A model generated the notes under the pieces. It made no database searches and had not been told where the DNA came from. It saw nothing but the letters and a program-made list of their open reading frames with translations. Source: the human T2T-CHM13v2.0 reference genome, Homo sapiens. From it: a stretch of 64,000 nt of DNA. A program made the translations under genes and the position numbers. The stretch lies in assembly GCF_009914755.1 (NCBI RefSeq), contig NC_060942.1; one strand, 5' to 3'. This document shows, piece by piece, positions 37,771 through 51,141 of this stretch (positions are counted from its first letter, which is position 1; each line of letters starts with the position of its first letter).

Positions 37771-40700
37771 AAAAAACTTAGGCTGCCTTTTTTCCCTTTG
37801 TCTTGTTTTCTTTATAGTTTTATGTAATGTGTTCAAAACTTGATTCTAGATATACTGACAATATTTTGGATGCCCTTCTGAAGTGAATGTAGCAATTAGT
37901 AAACAATTTGCTTCCAGAACTCTGCTAAATTCTGTTTCAACATCCACATACTTCTAGCACTTTTTTTGCTTCATCATTACTTTTGTGCATGTAAAATTTA
38001 AAATTTTCTCTCTGATCGTATTTCTCATCATTTTTTTGTAATTCTACATTTAAAACTGTTCGAAGCCCATCAATAATGATTATGATGCCTACAATATCTT
38101 CTCCATTTCTCTTTGATTCGAATTCATCCTAAAATGGTTTTATTCAAAAAGGATTCCTGGAGTTATTCGTAGTAGTGGATGTGACAGTTACATGTGTAGT
38201 TGAACACTACTTATATGCAATATTCTTGGTTCGCATTTTCTGTCCTTTTTCTGTCCTATTGTTACTTATGTATACTTCATGGATTTATAGGCATTATTGG
38301 ATTACAAGATCTGCAACATTAAAATATCTGTGGGGGATCCTGAGACCAGAGGGGATCTTTTACCCATTTTAGAGGACTATTTTTTTCTAATTAATTAATC
38401 ATTTATTTTCTTTCTTTCTTTGATGGTCAGTGTTTTCACCAATATATATCTTATCATTATTTATTTTGTACCAAATATCAGAGATTACTGGGTTGAACTC
38501 ATCTGAAGATTCAGTTTGGATTTTAACTCAGAACAAAACCTTCTTTTATATCAACGAGAGCTTTATTTCTTGATTTGGTACATAAGGTGTTATGAAATAC
38601 CTTCATTTATATTATTCTTTCTAGTAGTTTAATCCTTGATAATTTCTCTTTGCATCCGTTGAAGTTGCTTAAGCTTTTCTCCATGTCTACAGATTGATTA
38701 TTAGCTGTGTCTATTATTTTTTCTCAGTGGCTCCGTCGTGTTTAAAAGTAAGGTGTTGTCTAAACTTCATTTTATATCCTTTTTTTAACTACAGTATTAG
38801 AATCCTTGTGAAATAAATCATAGTTTTGTTAAGTACTGGTTGAATGATATTGGGAGAATTTTTCTTACAGACTTCCAAATAACTAATATTCATGAGGTAC
38901 GCCATTTACCGACCTTAAATTAAGTGAATTGTTTCGTAGTCATTCTGATCATCTTAGTCACAGTCCAAAAGTCTGTGCAGAGCATATCTATTTTTATGTT
39001 ATGTAAGAGAAAAAATATACCTGAAATTAATTACCTATGTTTTCTAAAAGTAACATTTTATTGCTTTAGTGATTTCTTCCTTAATGGATATTTTGGAGGC
39101 CTAGAATGTGACAAGGATTATGCTGAATTTGGAGAAAAACAAACTCATGACTTTAATTGATGATGTTTAATACTAAATAGCATTTGGTAGGATAAAAATG
39201 TGTGGATGATACAGAATATTGCATGAGTTACTTAAAACTCATACAATATAATTTAAATTAGGTAATGTTAAGGATATTGTCACCTGTATTAAAAAGACAC
39301 ATGGCTATTATTAATCAAATGAAGGCCAGTTTATATTTTAATATTTGATTTATTATGTATAGTTATACTTGGAAATATGAACAGATTAGACTTTGGATTG
39401 AAAGAAAGAGGATGTCAACTATAAGGAAAAAACTAACAATTCGATTTGGCAATATTTTAATGTCTATTTCCAGAAAGTATGAGAAAACTAGGAAGTATGC
39501 TGAAGTGAAAGTAATTTTCATTCTTAGATCTAAGCTTCAAGGAACAGTCTGACTACACAAAGAAGAAACATTGAGCAGAAAATTCTTCTTGAGAATTCTG
39601 TTGACTACAGTTTTTTTAGTTCACATTTATAAATATTTATTCACATCTTTTAATCCCTGCAGTTTCTGAAATTCTTGACTATTTTCTGTCATGGAAAGTT
39701 ATAGTTCATCCTTTACCTGTGTGTCTGTATTTCTTTTGTGCTTTAAATAAAACAAGAGAGTTGGCAGTTTTGGGGTATTTAGACATAGTTATGTTGGAAG
39801 AATAAATGGGACTTTTTTTCTCTGTGTTATTGTTTATAGATCTCTAATGGAATATTGTTGTTAGGGCAGTAGTAACAATCAGTCACAGTATTTTCTAAAT
39901 ATTATTTAATAATGACTGGGACAAGTGGGCCATGCTATGCTTCCTAGTTGCAAAAGCCAAAGTGATATATGAACGAAAAATGACAATTTACTTTAAAAAT
40001 GGTTAGCTTTATTAAACTTTATTTTGTTTACTTCTTAACATATTGAATGACATTTGCAAACACATTTACATAATTGTCTCTACTACAGATAGTTTTATAT
40101 ATGTTCCACATTTTTTAGTAATTTTCTAACAATTACATGTCTAAAATATGTGTCGACATATTTAACATATATATACTCAGTGCCTGCCAATGGGCAGGGG
40201 CCATGAAAAAGCTTAACTTAAGAAGAGAAAATACAATTACTCAGCTCTTAGAGTTTATAAGCTTTGAATGAATATGGAGAAGTAAATATTAATTGTAATT
40301 AAAGTCAAATACTGAATATGCTCCATGTTCTATATGTACACAAATTGCTTTATGTTTATCGGTATAGCAGTGTTTAACTTTGTAAAGAAACCCAGCCACA
40401 TAGGGAAGAAGAGGTCCTTGTTTTTGTTTGTACACAATTTTGTACAGTTGGAATATTTTCATATGCATATGTGACTAATAAAACCACAATAAACTGGCTA
40501 GTCCTCAAAATTAATACCATAAATACAGTTTGGAAGATGCCATGACATCAGAAATACCAATTCCTCTTGAAACACCAGCAATTCAGTCAGAGACTTCTCA
40601 GAGGCAAAGCTCTCTGTGTGTCAGATGAAACCGTGAATCAGGAGCAGGAGATGGGAAGAGAACACAAAGTGATGTGTATTTGCATTGGGCTGGGGAGGAG

Positions 40701-40849
40701 AGCTAGAAAAGGGAGCACTTCATGTAGAAACGAGACCTTCAGGATCCAGGAGAGAGGGAAAACAATAGCAGGCAAGGGAGAGACATGTGCACTGTGCAAT
40801 TGTGTGTATGCACCATTGTGTGAATGGTGCAAATAAGTAAAACTGCAGG

Positions 40850-41131
40850 CTACTGACTTTCATGAATATATATGTAAACAGTCTTAATGGAATATTAACA
40901 AATAGATTTCAGAAACATTTAAATATGACGATACACAAGGACTATTTCGGAATTTATTGTAAGAATTTAAGGCTGGTTGAATATTTGACAATAAATCAAT
41001 GTGTTCCATCATCTGAAAAGGCCAAAAAGAAGGAAAATTGCATGATCAGATCAATTGATGCAAAAAAACGCATTTAAAAAATTCAAACTCACGTTTATGA
41101 AAAGACTCTCAGAAAAATAGGAATAGGGAGT
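40850..41131 (+). mobile_element. Ancient L1M ORF2 (RT region) fragment, left part
   Basis: ORF 40862-41077 MNIYVNSLNGILTNRFQKH...MIRSIDAKK resembles L1 MNIDAKILNKILANRIQQH...MIISIDAEK. Confidence 0.8.
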
Positions 41132-41438
41132 TGCATTGTGAATTTTAAAACTTCATGTTTCTTGTTGGTTGCTTAATCCTCTCCACAGACTATGACTACT
41201 CTGACCAGGCACGCTGATCCCAATAAAGGCACTTGACCTCCAGTCCTCATTCTTTCTCTCTGTTCCTTGTCTTCTCTGTGGCGCTGTTTCCACTTAATGC
41301 TCCCTACTATGTAACTGCCTCTGTGTCTCTCTAGGACCTAAAAGTATAACAAGCTTTTTTTGTGGGTGTGTTCCATGCCTCTCTTGTGTCCCTTCCCTGG
41401 CCACAACTGACTGACCACACATTAAAGGACAGAAAACA
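41132..41438 (+). mobile_element. Short LTR-like element (MER73/MER74-like; family uncertain)
   Basis: TG...CA ends, internal AATAAA at 41222-41227 and a 5-bp TSD GGAGT (41127-41131 / 41779-41783). It splits contiguous L1 ORF2 sequence. Confidence 0.55.
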
Positions 41439-41770
41439 GCCCGGGTGTAGTGGCCCACGCCTGTAATCCCAGCACTTTGTGAGGCCGAGGCAGGTGGATC
41501 ACCTGAGGTCACAAGTTTGAGACCAGCCTGGCCAACATGGCAAAACCCCGTCTCTACTAAAAATATAAAAATTAGCTGGGCGTGGTGGTGCATGCCTGTA
41601 ATCCCAGCTACTCAGGAGGCTGAGACAGGAGAATCACTTGAATCCAGGAGTCAGAGGTTGCAGAGAGCCGAGATTGCACCACTGCACTCCAGCCTGGGCG
41701 ACAGAACAAGACCTGGTCTCAATAAACAAACAAACAAACAAACAAAACAAAACAAACAAAAAACCAAACA
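41439..41770 (+). mobile_element. AluS (Sx/Sz-like) with a (CAAA)n tail
   Basis: Full Alu. TSD agaaaaca / agaaaacg. Confidence 0.95.
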
Positions 41771-41778
41771 AGAAAACG

Positions 41779-41895
41779 GGAGTATTTCTTAGCTTGATAA
41801 CTAATGCCTGCCAAAAAAAAGTCTACAGTTAATATTATAATTCATGATGAGCGACTGAGTGCTTTCCCCTAACATCAGGAATGATACAACAATGT
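41779..41895 (+). mobile_element. Ancient L1M ORF2 fragment, continuation
   Basis: tatttcttagcttgataa...tctacagttaatattata...gactgagtgctttcccctaacatcaggaa. Confidence 0.7.
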
Positions 41896-41899
41896 ATTG

Positions 41900-42047
41900 T
41901 CACATTTATTTCTAAGTGTTCCTTGTTTGCCAATTGTAAATGGTAATGCATTTTAATTCCATTTTCTGCATGTTCATGGCCAGTATATAGAAACATAATT
42001 GATTTTCTTATGGTTCTTTTGTATCCTGCAAACCTTTTGAACTCATA
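41900..42047 (-). mobile_element. Inverted L1M ORF2 fragment
   Basis: ORF 41835-42071 FAGYKRTIRKSIMFLYTGHEHAENGIK resembles L1 VAGYKINIQKSVAFLYTNNEQAEKEIK. Confidence 0.75.
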
Positions 42048-42107
42048 TGTTGGGTTTATTCTAATAAGCAAATAGGGTCCTGTTTGCTTATTAAAATAAA
42101 CCTAACA
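42048..42107. repeat. 60-bp near-perfect palindrome
   Basis: tgttgggtttattctaataagcaaatagg-gt-cctgtttgcttattaaaataaacctaaca; 29-bp arms with 3 mismatches. Confidence 0.9.
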
Positions 42108-43660
42108 CGGATCCTTCTGCTTGTTAAATATTTCCCTTACAGAACATGTGTCACGGACGTATAGTTTTAGTTTGCAAAACTAAAGGTGGTAGTTCAGCTC
42201 AGATGGCTGCGGCAAAACCATGATAAATGACCCAAATGATTTTTGCAAAATTCACTTGTGACCCAGTTAGTATTGGTGGGATAGATGGCAACAGGTGAGC
42301 ATTAGGAAAAAATTTCAAATCCATGTTTTTCAGAAAAACAGATAAAAAAAGAATATATAAAAGGATCACCAAAATAATAATAACACTCAATATTAGAAAT
42401 CAATTTAAAAACAAATTTAATCACATTTCACATGATAAAGTTATCTATGGAATATAGCAATACAATCAAATTACTTAAAAATTTCATATACATACCCTAG
42501 AAGTGTAACTTTGGTTTTATTAATTTTATGGAAATTTGTCATTTTAAAAATATACACTTTTTCATCATATTTGCCAGTTTTGCTGGGGATTAAGTCTGCA
42601 GAACTTTTGATGCTGCAGTCCTGGAAGGGAAACCTGACGTGTATTATCTAAAATATTATTTTAATTTATATGTCTCAGCTGTGTGGCATCATCATAATTT
42701 TTGAATCATTCATAGTGCTAAATTAAAAGAAAATTCATGTAAATAATTATCTTCATAACAAAACTATCCTTGGAGAAATAGAGTGATTGGTGGGAGTGAA
42801 TTTATCTCCAGAAAAGTTGCAAATGAAGTCCTGTGCCTTTATCAACACCTGTACAATGCTGGAAGTCATAGTGATAAAATTTAGATAAAAATCATTCTAT
42901 TTAAAAAGAAAAGTCAAAATACATATTAAGGAATATGGTGGCATTTGACATGTTCTGCAAAGGAATTTCTAATCCCTCATTGATGATATTATTCTGATTG
43001 GTTGTCAGTCTTCACTAGTTCTATTGTGAGTATGTGTGTGTCTGTGTGTGTGCACATCATGTATTGTAGACTCTGCTGTTATAAGATTTAGTATTTACAG
43101 CGTCCTTTGTTAAGGGGACCTGACTCCACTTTATTCAAGGTGTTCTGGAATTTTGAACTATCCCTTGTCAGAAAATTAGGTGACAGATCCTGACTCTATT
43201 GTGTTAATTCAAAGAATATTTCTGTTTTCCAGAATCATCATTTTTGTTCTTTTTTCTTGATTTGTGCTTGACTTTTTTTTCCTTTTCTACTATTCCGATG
43301 ATCATATAACACTTTAGTATGATGCTCATTAATTTCACTTACAGGAATGGCATGGCCACATAGTCTCAAAAAATCTATGCAGGTCAAACCAACCCGTTCT
43401 GATAACTGCTCTGGCCCTGCTGGAACTACAGAAACTGCCTCTTTGTCTCTCGAGGATAAGGGCCACCCTTTGCTATCTGTCACTTGGAAGACTCCTCATC
43501 CATGTAGAATTCAGTAAAGACCACTTTGATGGTGGCCTCTTCTGCTCTCTTTTCTGGCCACTGCAGAACCAGCAATGTGAGATGCTAGAGCAGCCCCGCC
43601 AACATCCTTCTCAAAGCCTTGGTGAAGTGTGGGTGCGCCGGACCCTACAGGAGGAAAGAG

Positions 43661-43876
43661 TTAGTACACCTGTCCTCTTCTGATTAGTATACCTGTCCTC
43701 TACTTAGTATACCTGTCCTTGTCTCATTATTATACCTGGCCTTTTCTCATTAGTATACCTGTCCTCCTCTCCTTAGTATACCTGTTCTTCTCTCCTTAGT
43801 ATACCTGATCTTCTCTCCTTAGTATACCTGTCCTCCTCTCTTAGTGTACCTGTTCTCTCCTCCTTAGTATATCTGT
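43661..43876. repeat. Minisatellite, ~23-bp unit, ~9.5 copies
   Basis: Consensus ttagtatacctgtcctyctctcc, repeated head-to-tail. Confidence 0.95.
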
Positions 43877-44356
43877 AACCCTAAGGTTTGAGATACTTTC
43901 TTCTACAGAAAATCGAGGAAATTCTGGTGTCTCAATGTCCATACCAATTTTGTCCAAGTTCAAGTCAACTGGCTGAGCAAACTGTTAGGGCCTTTCAGCT
44001 GCTCACACTAATACGTTGACTCCAGAATTTCTGGTTAATTCACTCGTATGAAACGTCAGCCTAACTCAACATTATGTCTCTCACCCATTCTTTCCTTGAG
44101 CCCCATTCTCTGTATGTTTTAGAATTAAAGTTTGCCAGTGAGAGTTACTCATGTGAGGTTTGGAAGATAGAAATGAACGGAACTGTTATTTTTTCAAACA
44201 TAGACGTATGATGCGGTTGGATTTCAGGTCTATTTATAAGCTCTGACTTTGCAGTTATGACAATGGCAAACATCTACACAATTAGAGACTTTCTTCCCCA
44301 ACTTAAGCGCCACAAGATAAAATCAAACTTGTTTTTCAACCCTTCAATTATATTAA

Positions 44357-44654
<298 letters not shown>

Positions 44655-44957
44655 TCAATTATATTTTCTAGATCTTCACTCTCCTAGATTCTTTAACTTT
44701 CATGAAGACACTACTTTTTATACAAACTACTTTTATTGTAATAATTACAGGAAATGTGTTTTCATATTCAAACCAAGCTGATACAATATATAAATAAACC
44801 AAAGAGTGTGTATCAGAAAATACGAAGGTAACTGCTTTGTTTCTTCTTTCATAGAGCCTTGTGCCTCCAAACAAGCAACAAAAAGGCCACAATCAAATTC
44901 TTTTTCTAATTAGCTCTAATTTCTTAGAGGGCTATCTGTACCTAGTCATGAAACTAA

Positions 44958-45304
<347 letters not shown>

Positions 45305-45329
45305 AAAACATTGTTATTCTTAATTTTAT

Positions 45330-46400
45330 AAATATTTATCAAATTTTAATTGTCAGGCAATAAAAACGTCAAAGTGATGAAAACAGTGTCTTTAGACATG
45401 GAATTTATAGTCTCTGGAATAGGGGGATTTTATTCAACTTTTCAATAAACATAAGTACATACTTCAGCAAATGCTGTGACTTAGAAATAAAGATGTGACA
45501 GCCTATGGCAGAGGGATATGACTTGGTCCTTAGGTTCAGGAATATTTCCCCGACAAAATGGTTTTTGAGCTGAGATCTAAAATATGCACAGAAATTAACT
45601 GGGCTCATGGGGGATGCTGTTCAAGGCAAAACGAACTGTATTTGGAAAAGTCCTGAAGGTAGAAGAAGCATGTTGTATTCAAGGAATGGGAAGGGGATAT
45701 TGAGTCATGAAATTAGCAAAACCAAGGTTGCAGTGATATTAACTGAGCTAGAGAGGAATGCAGGGGCCAGATAAGGCAGGGCCTTATAAGAACTTTGAGT
45801 TGTATTCTGAAAATAATGCGAAGTAGAGGAGTGATCTGGTCATATTTGTATTTTCCAAAGACTATTCTGGCTGCAATGTAGACACTGGATTTAAAGGAGG
45901 GAAGCAAAGCTGACCGAAGTTAGGATGGTGAGGAGGAGATTTTCATAGTTCCAGTGAGATAATGATGTCTTGTCCTACAGTTTTGCTGTCAAGGTGAAAC
46001 ACAAAGATATAAGATTGTTAGGACTTAGTGCTGAATTTTACATGAAAACTGACAGTGCCCTAGTTACCTTTTGCCTCTGGATTTCCCAGCTCCAGGACCA
46101 GAGATAATGTTTCACAAAAACAGGAAATATGGAAGGAGGATGTATAACTATGAGTTGCCTTTAGAAAATCTACATATTTGGGTCACTGAGCCTGGATCCC
46201 AGAGGAAGACATTTAAAGTTATAAAGTTGTGAGCCATCAAGCAGTACTTGGTAACTGAATTAGGGGTGTAGATGAAATGGCTTGGAAAGATATTGTCTAA
46301 TGAGAAGAAAGAGAAGCCTGGATCTTAGATTTCAGGGATTCAAGCAACAAAAGATTCTGAGATATTTTAGACAAGAAATGAAGAAGGAATGCGAATAATA
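45330..46400 (-). mobile_element. L2 LINE fragment
   Basis: tttgagctgagatctaaa...gggccagataaggcagggccttataag...aaagactattctggctgcaatgtaga. Confidence 0.75.
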
Positions 46401-46779
46401 TAATACAATTGAAGAGTGTAGAAAATCCTTTCAAAATATAATTTAGGTGATTAAATATAGATGAGTTGTTAACCATATATGCGTATATACACACACAAAC
46501 ACACAGGTACACACATGTGTGGTATGTATAAAAATCCACATTTTATGTGCTAATCAATGACTTGAATTTTTTAAAAAGGAAAAATTTTATTTTACCTCTA
46601 TATACTGCCAAATTATATTGTCAATTACTTTCTGGACCTTATGAGGAATAATATAAAAGTCATAAAAATAGTGACATTCTTTTGAGACTTGATCAATCAT
46701 TTAGGAAAGCAGGTAATGTTGTCTAAAATCCCTGCCTCCAGCTCTCTTATTGTGTTGCCTCTTGCCGTTTGGCACACTG

Positions 46780-47350
46780 CCTCCAGATGTCTTATGCTCC
46801 TAATGATACTTGTGACAAATAAGAGGAAAAGGGAAAAATTTGTTCTGCTAGAAGGTAAGATACTTTACAAATCCATAGTAATAAAAATGAGTAGTATTGG
46901 CATGAGTAAAGACAAATAGATGAAAAGGACTGAGTAAAACTGAGGGAGGAGCATATAAATATTTGGAAATTTAATGTACAATATATTTATTACCCTTAAT
47001 CAATAGGGAAAATGCAGTGGTCAATGGGGGAAGGATGGAAATGATTCTCTACCTAATACCAGCTAGTGGATGAATTCTAGGTATGTTTAAGACAAAACTG
47101 TAAAAGATAAAATTATAACCTTAATAAAAAATAAAAAAAAACTTTATTAGCTACATGGGATAAATAGCATCTTAAGGAAAATTTAAAAATCACAAATATA
47201 TGGCAAAAATTGATGATTATGATTAAGACAAAGTCAGAACTTAGGTGCAACAAAGGAGATAGAACAATATAAAAATAACCACACAAAAAGTCTATATGCA
47301 ACATTTTGGCAAGAACAAGTATAAACAAAAATATATGCATTAAATGTTAA
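46780..47350 (+). mobile_element. Degraded ancient L1 (L1ME-like) ORF2 3' fragment
   Basis: aagatactttacaaatccatagtaataaaaatgagtagtattggcatgagtaaagacaaataga. Confidence 0.55.
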
Positions 47351-47525
47351 ACATACTAGATTAATTTTGAGTAAGGTGATCTTTTAGCCTATTTTTGATT
47401 TTGCAACTATCCTTCTCAAAACATCATCCTAGTTTGGACAATAAATTATATGTTTGTTTCACTGCCTATAGTTGAAGAAATGAAAATAGATTAGAGTATG
47501 AGGATAAAATAATGAAAAAAATACT

Positions 47526-48794
<1,269 letters not shown>

Positions 48795-48842
48795 TTTACA
48801 AATATACATGTAAAACAAACCTTTCCATTTTCCCTTGAATTT

Positions 48843-49411
48843 CTTCTTTTTATTGTATATATTTATGGAGTGCAATGTGATGTTTTTATATATGCATACA
48901 TTGTTTAGTAATTAAACTAATTAACATATTCATCACCTCATATGCTTGTCAATCTTTTTGAGGTGAGAAAATTTAAAATCTGTTTTGTTATCAATTTTCA
49001 AGTATGCAACACCATTCTATTTCTAGAGTTACCATGCTGTAGAATAGATCCTATGTTCATTGCTACATTATTCACCACAGCTAATACATGAAATCAACCT
49101 AATTGTCCATCAACAGATGAATGAATAAAGAAAATGTCAAATATATAAACAATGGAATACTACTCAGCCTTTAAAAAGAAGGAAATTCTGTCATTTGTGA
49201 CAACTTGGATAAACCTGAAGAACTTTCATGTTAAATTAAATTAGCCAGGTACATTTTGACAAATACTGCATGATTTCACTTATATGTGGAAACTAAGAAT
49301 TTCAAGTCAGAGAAATAGAATGGCAATTTCCAGAAGCTGGGGCAGGCGAGGGGAAATGGAGATATTGGTTAAAGGATACAAAGTTTTAGTAGACAGGAGG
49401 AGCTAGTTCTG
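48843..49411 (-). mobile_element. L1MA-type 3' end with a twin-priming 5' inversion
   Basis: 48843-49051 is the antisense L1 terminus. 49052-49411 is the adjacent upstream L1 sequence in sense orientation. TSD tcccttgaatt / tccctgaaatt. Confidence 0.88.
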
Positions 49412-49549
49412 TCCCTGAAATTCGAGTAGGACCTGTAAAGACTTATTCCTTTTATTCCATCAGAGTTTATACCTTTTCAATAACTCAAGTTCTTCACAGA
49501 AAAGTAATTATATTATGCCTAGTCACAGGACTAAACTAATTTAGTAAGG

Positions 49550-49850
49550 TTTGTCTTCTAGCCCTGGATTTGCCCTTGCTGGGTCTCTAACCATGAACAA
49601 GTTCTCCCGCTTCTTCCATCCATCCCTGCTTCCTCTCCACAAAGGCCTGACCCTTAGCACTGAGTCACCTTGCACCCTTGTGACGTCTAGCTGGGCTCAG
49701 GCCATGGAAAGCACCAGCAAGATATCAAGGAGCAGGAAGAGCCACAGACATGGATTTCTTCTCCAATCCATCTCTGCTTTCAGGTTTCTTTGTTTTGGCA
49801 GTGGCTATCTCCCTCTATGACAGTTCTACAGGGTAACACCTCTTCATTTT
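49550..49850 (-). mobile_element. LTR33-like ERVL LTR fragment
   Basis: ctagctgggctcaggccatggaaagcaccagcaagatatcaaggagcagga...ttggcagtggctatctccctc. Confidence 0.55.
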
Positions 49851-50457
49851 TAAGGAAACATAATGCTAATGGCAATGCAGGGAATTTGACGTTTTAAAGG
49901 TAATTTTAAATGTATGATTCTAAGACTTTTAGATAAGTTCGTCGCCATGGTAGGATTCTGGCAAGAAGTACTGAAGAGGTATCAAGGTGTGAAGAGAAGC
50001 CACAGTGGGAGGGAGCAGAATGGAAAGGAGCGTGAGGAGCAATGCGTTATCTTCCCATCAGGATTCATGACTGCCCCCTTTTCCTTCTGTGTCGTCCCCT
50101 TCAGTACTCCATGATAATGGGTACTAATTTCTGAAAGTAAATATACAAGTAGAAATACTGACAAGGCCAAAAATGAAGAGATGAACACGCTGCCCTGTAG
50201 GTACTGTCACCATCCGGAGAAAGAGCAAGTGGCACAACAGCATACGTCACGCTCTCGGGAATGTCACTTTAAAAAGCGAGTGAGAAATAAAATGCAACCA
50301 AGGTGCTAAATACTGCTGCATTATCTTGAATGAAAGAGGATCATCTACACGTCATTTTCTGCAGCCCTTTCAGAATTCAATTGCCATTGTTGGGGAAACT
50401 TCTATTTCAATCAACACCTTATTTATTTACTCTACAGCTGATTCTAACCATACATGT

Positions 50458-50552
50458 GTACAGACTTTGCTCTGAAACCTGTCCTATCTTAAAGTAGAGT
50501 CCTATCTTAAAGTACACACTTTGCTCTGAAACCTGTCCTATCTTAAAGTAGA
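50458..50552. repeat. Complex local tandem duplication
   Basis: The 35-mer actttgctctgaaacctgtcctatcttaaagtaga is identical at 50464 and 50518, with a 16-bp partial copy between them. Confidence 0.92.
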
Positions 50553-50632
50553 ATTGGATCATCATCATCACATGGGCACTAACTGTGCATTAAACTAAAT
50601 ATTTCTCAATATTTTTGGTATATTTTATACTA

Positions 50633-50731
50633 TTCGGTTGGTGCAAAAGTAATTACGTTTTTTTTTGCCTTGAAAAGTAATTGCCATTAAAAGTAATGGC
50701 AAAGACTGCAATTACTTTTGCATCAATCTGA
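50633..50731. mobile_element. MADE1 (Hsmar1 MITE), lengthened copy
   Basis: TA-flanked terminal inverted repeats ttcggttggtgcaaaagtaatt ... aattacttttgcatcaatctga. Confidence 0.92.
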
Positions 50732-50982
50732 TAAATTATTTCTGTGTCTGTTCTAATGCATTTATAATATATTCAGAAACATTTAATGAACTGAAATTCC
50801 CTTCCAATGTCGTTTGTGATGACATTGGAAGACATTGGAATAACTCATTTGGAAAGAGTACTTTTCTTTCCCATCTCCAACTCTTGCCAGTTTCTCACCC
50901 AGACAAAGTCATTACTACTTGGAGAATTTCCCTGCCACTTCATGAACACTGTTTTCCAAGGGAGTCTAAACATGATGCAATG

Positions 50983-50991
50983 CATAGAAAC

Positions 50992-51060
<69 letters not shown>

Positions 51061-51101
51061 TTCCTCTTGACTGCATTTTGAGAGAAGTAACATAGAAACT
51101 G

Positions 51102-51141
<40 letters not shown>

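Noticed and set aside
40215-40229. 15-bp inverted match (aacttaagaagagaa) to the flank of the orphan L1 5'UTR near 33048-33062, as a displaced TSD
   Set aside because: It is not preceded by an L1 tail and the match extends past the expected TSD boundary. It is an AT-rich match found after the fact.
43661-43876. CRISPR-like look of a conserved core with variable segments
   Set aside because: The variable parts are only ~10 nt and resemble each other, there are no cas genes and the DNA is primate. It is a minisatellite.
50098-50122. REST/RE1-like motif ttcagtactccatgataa
   Set aside because: Too many mismatches to the TTCAGCACCNNGGACAG consensus.
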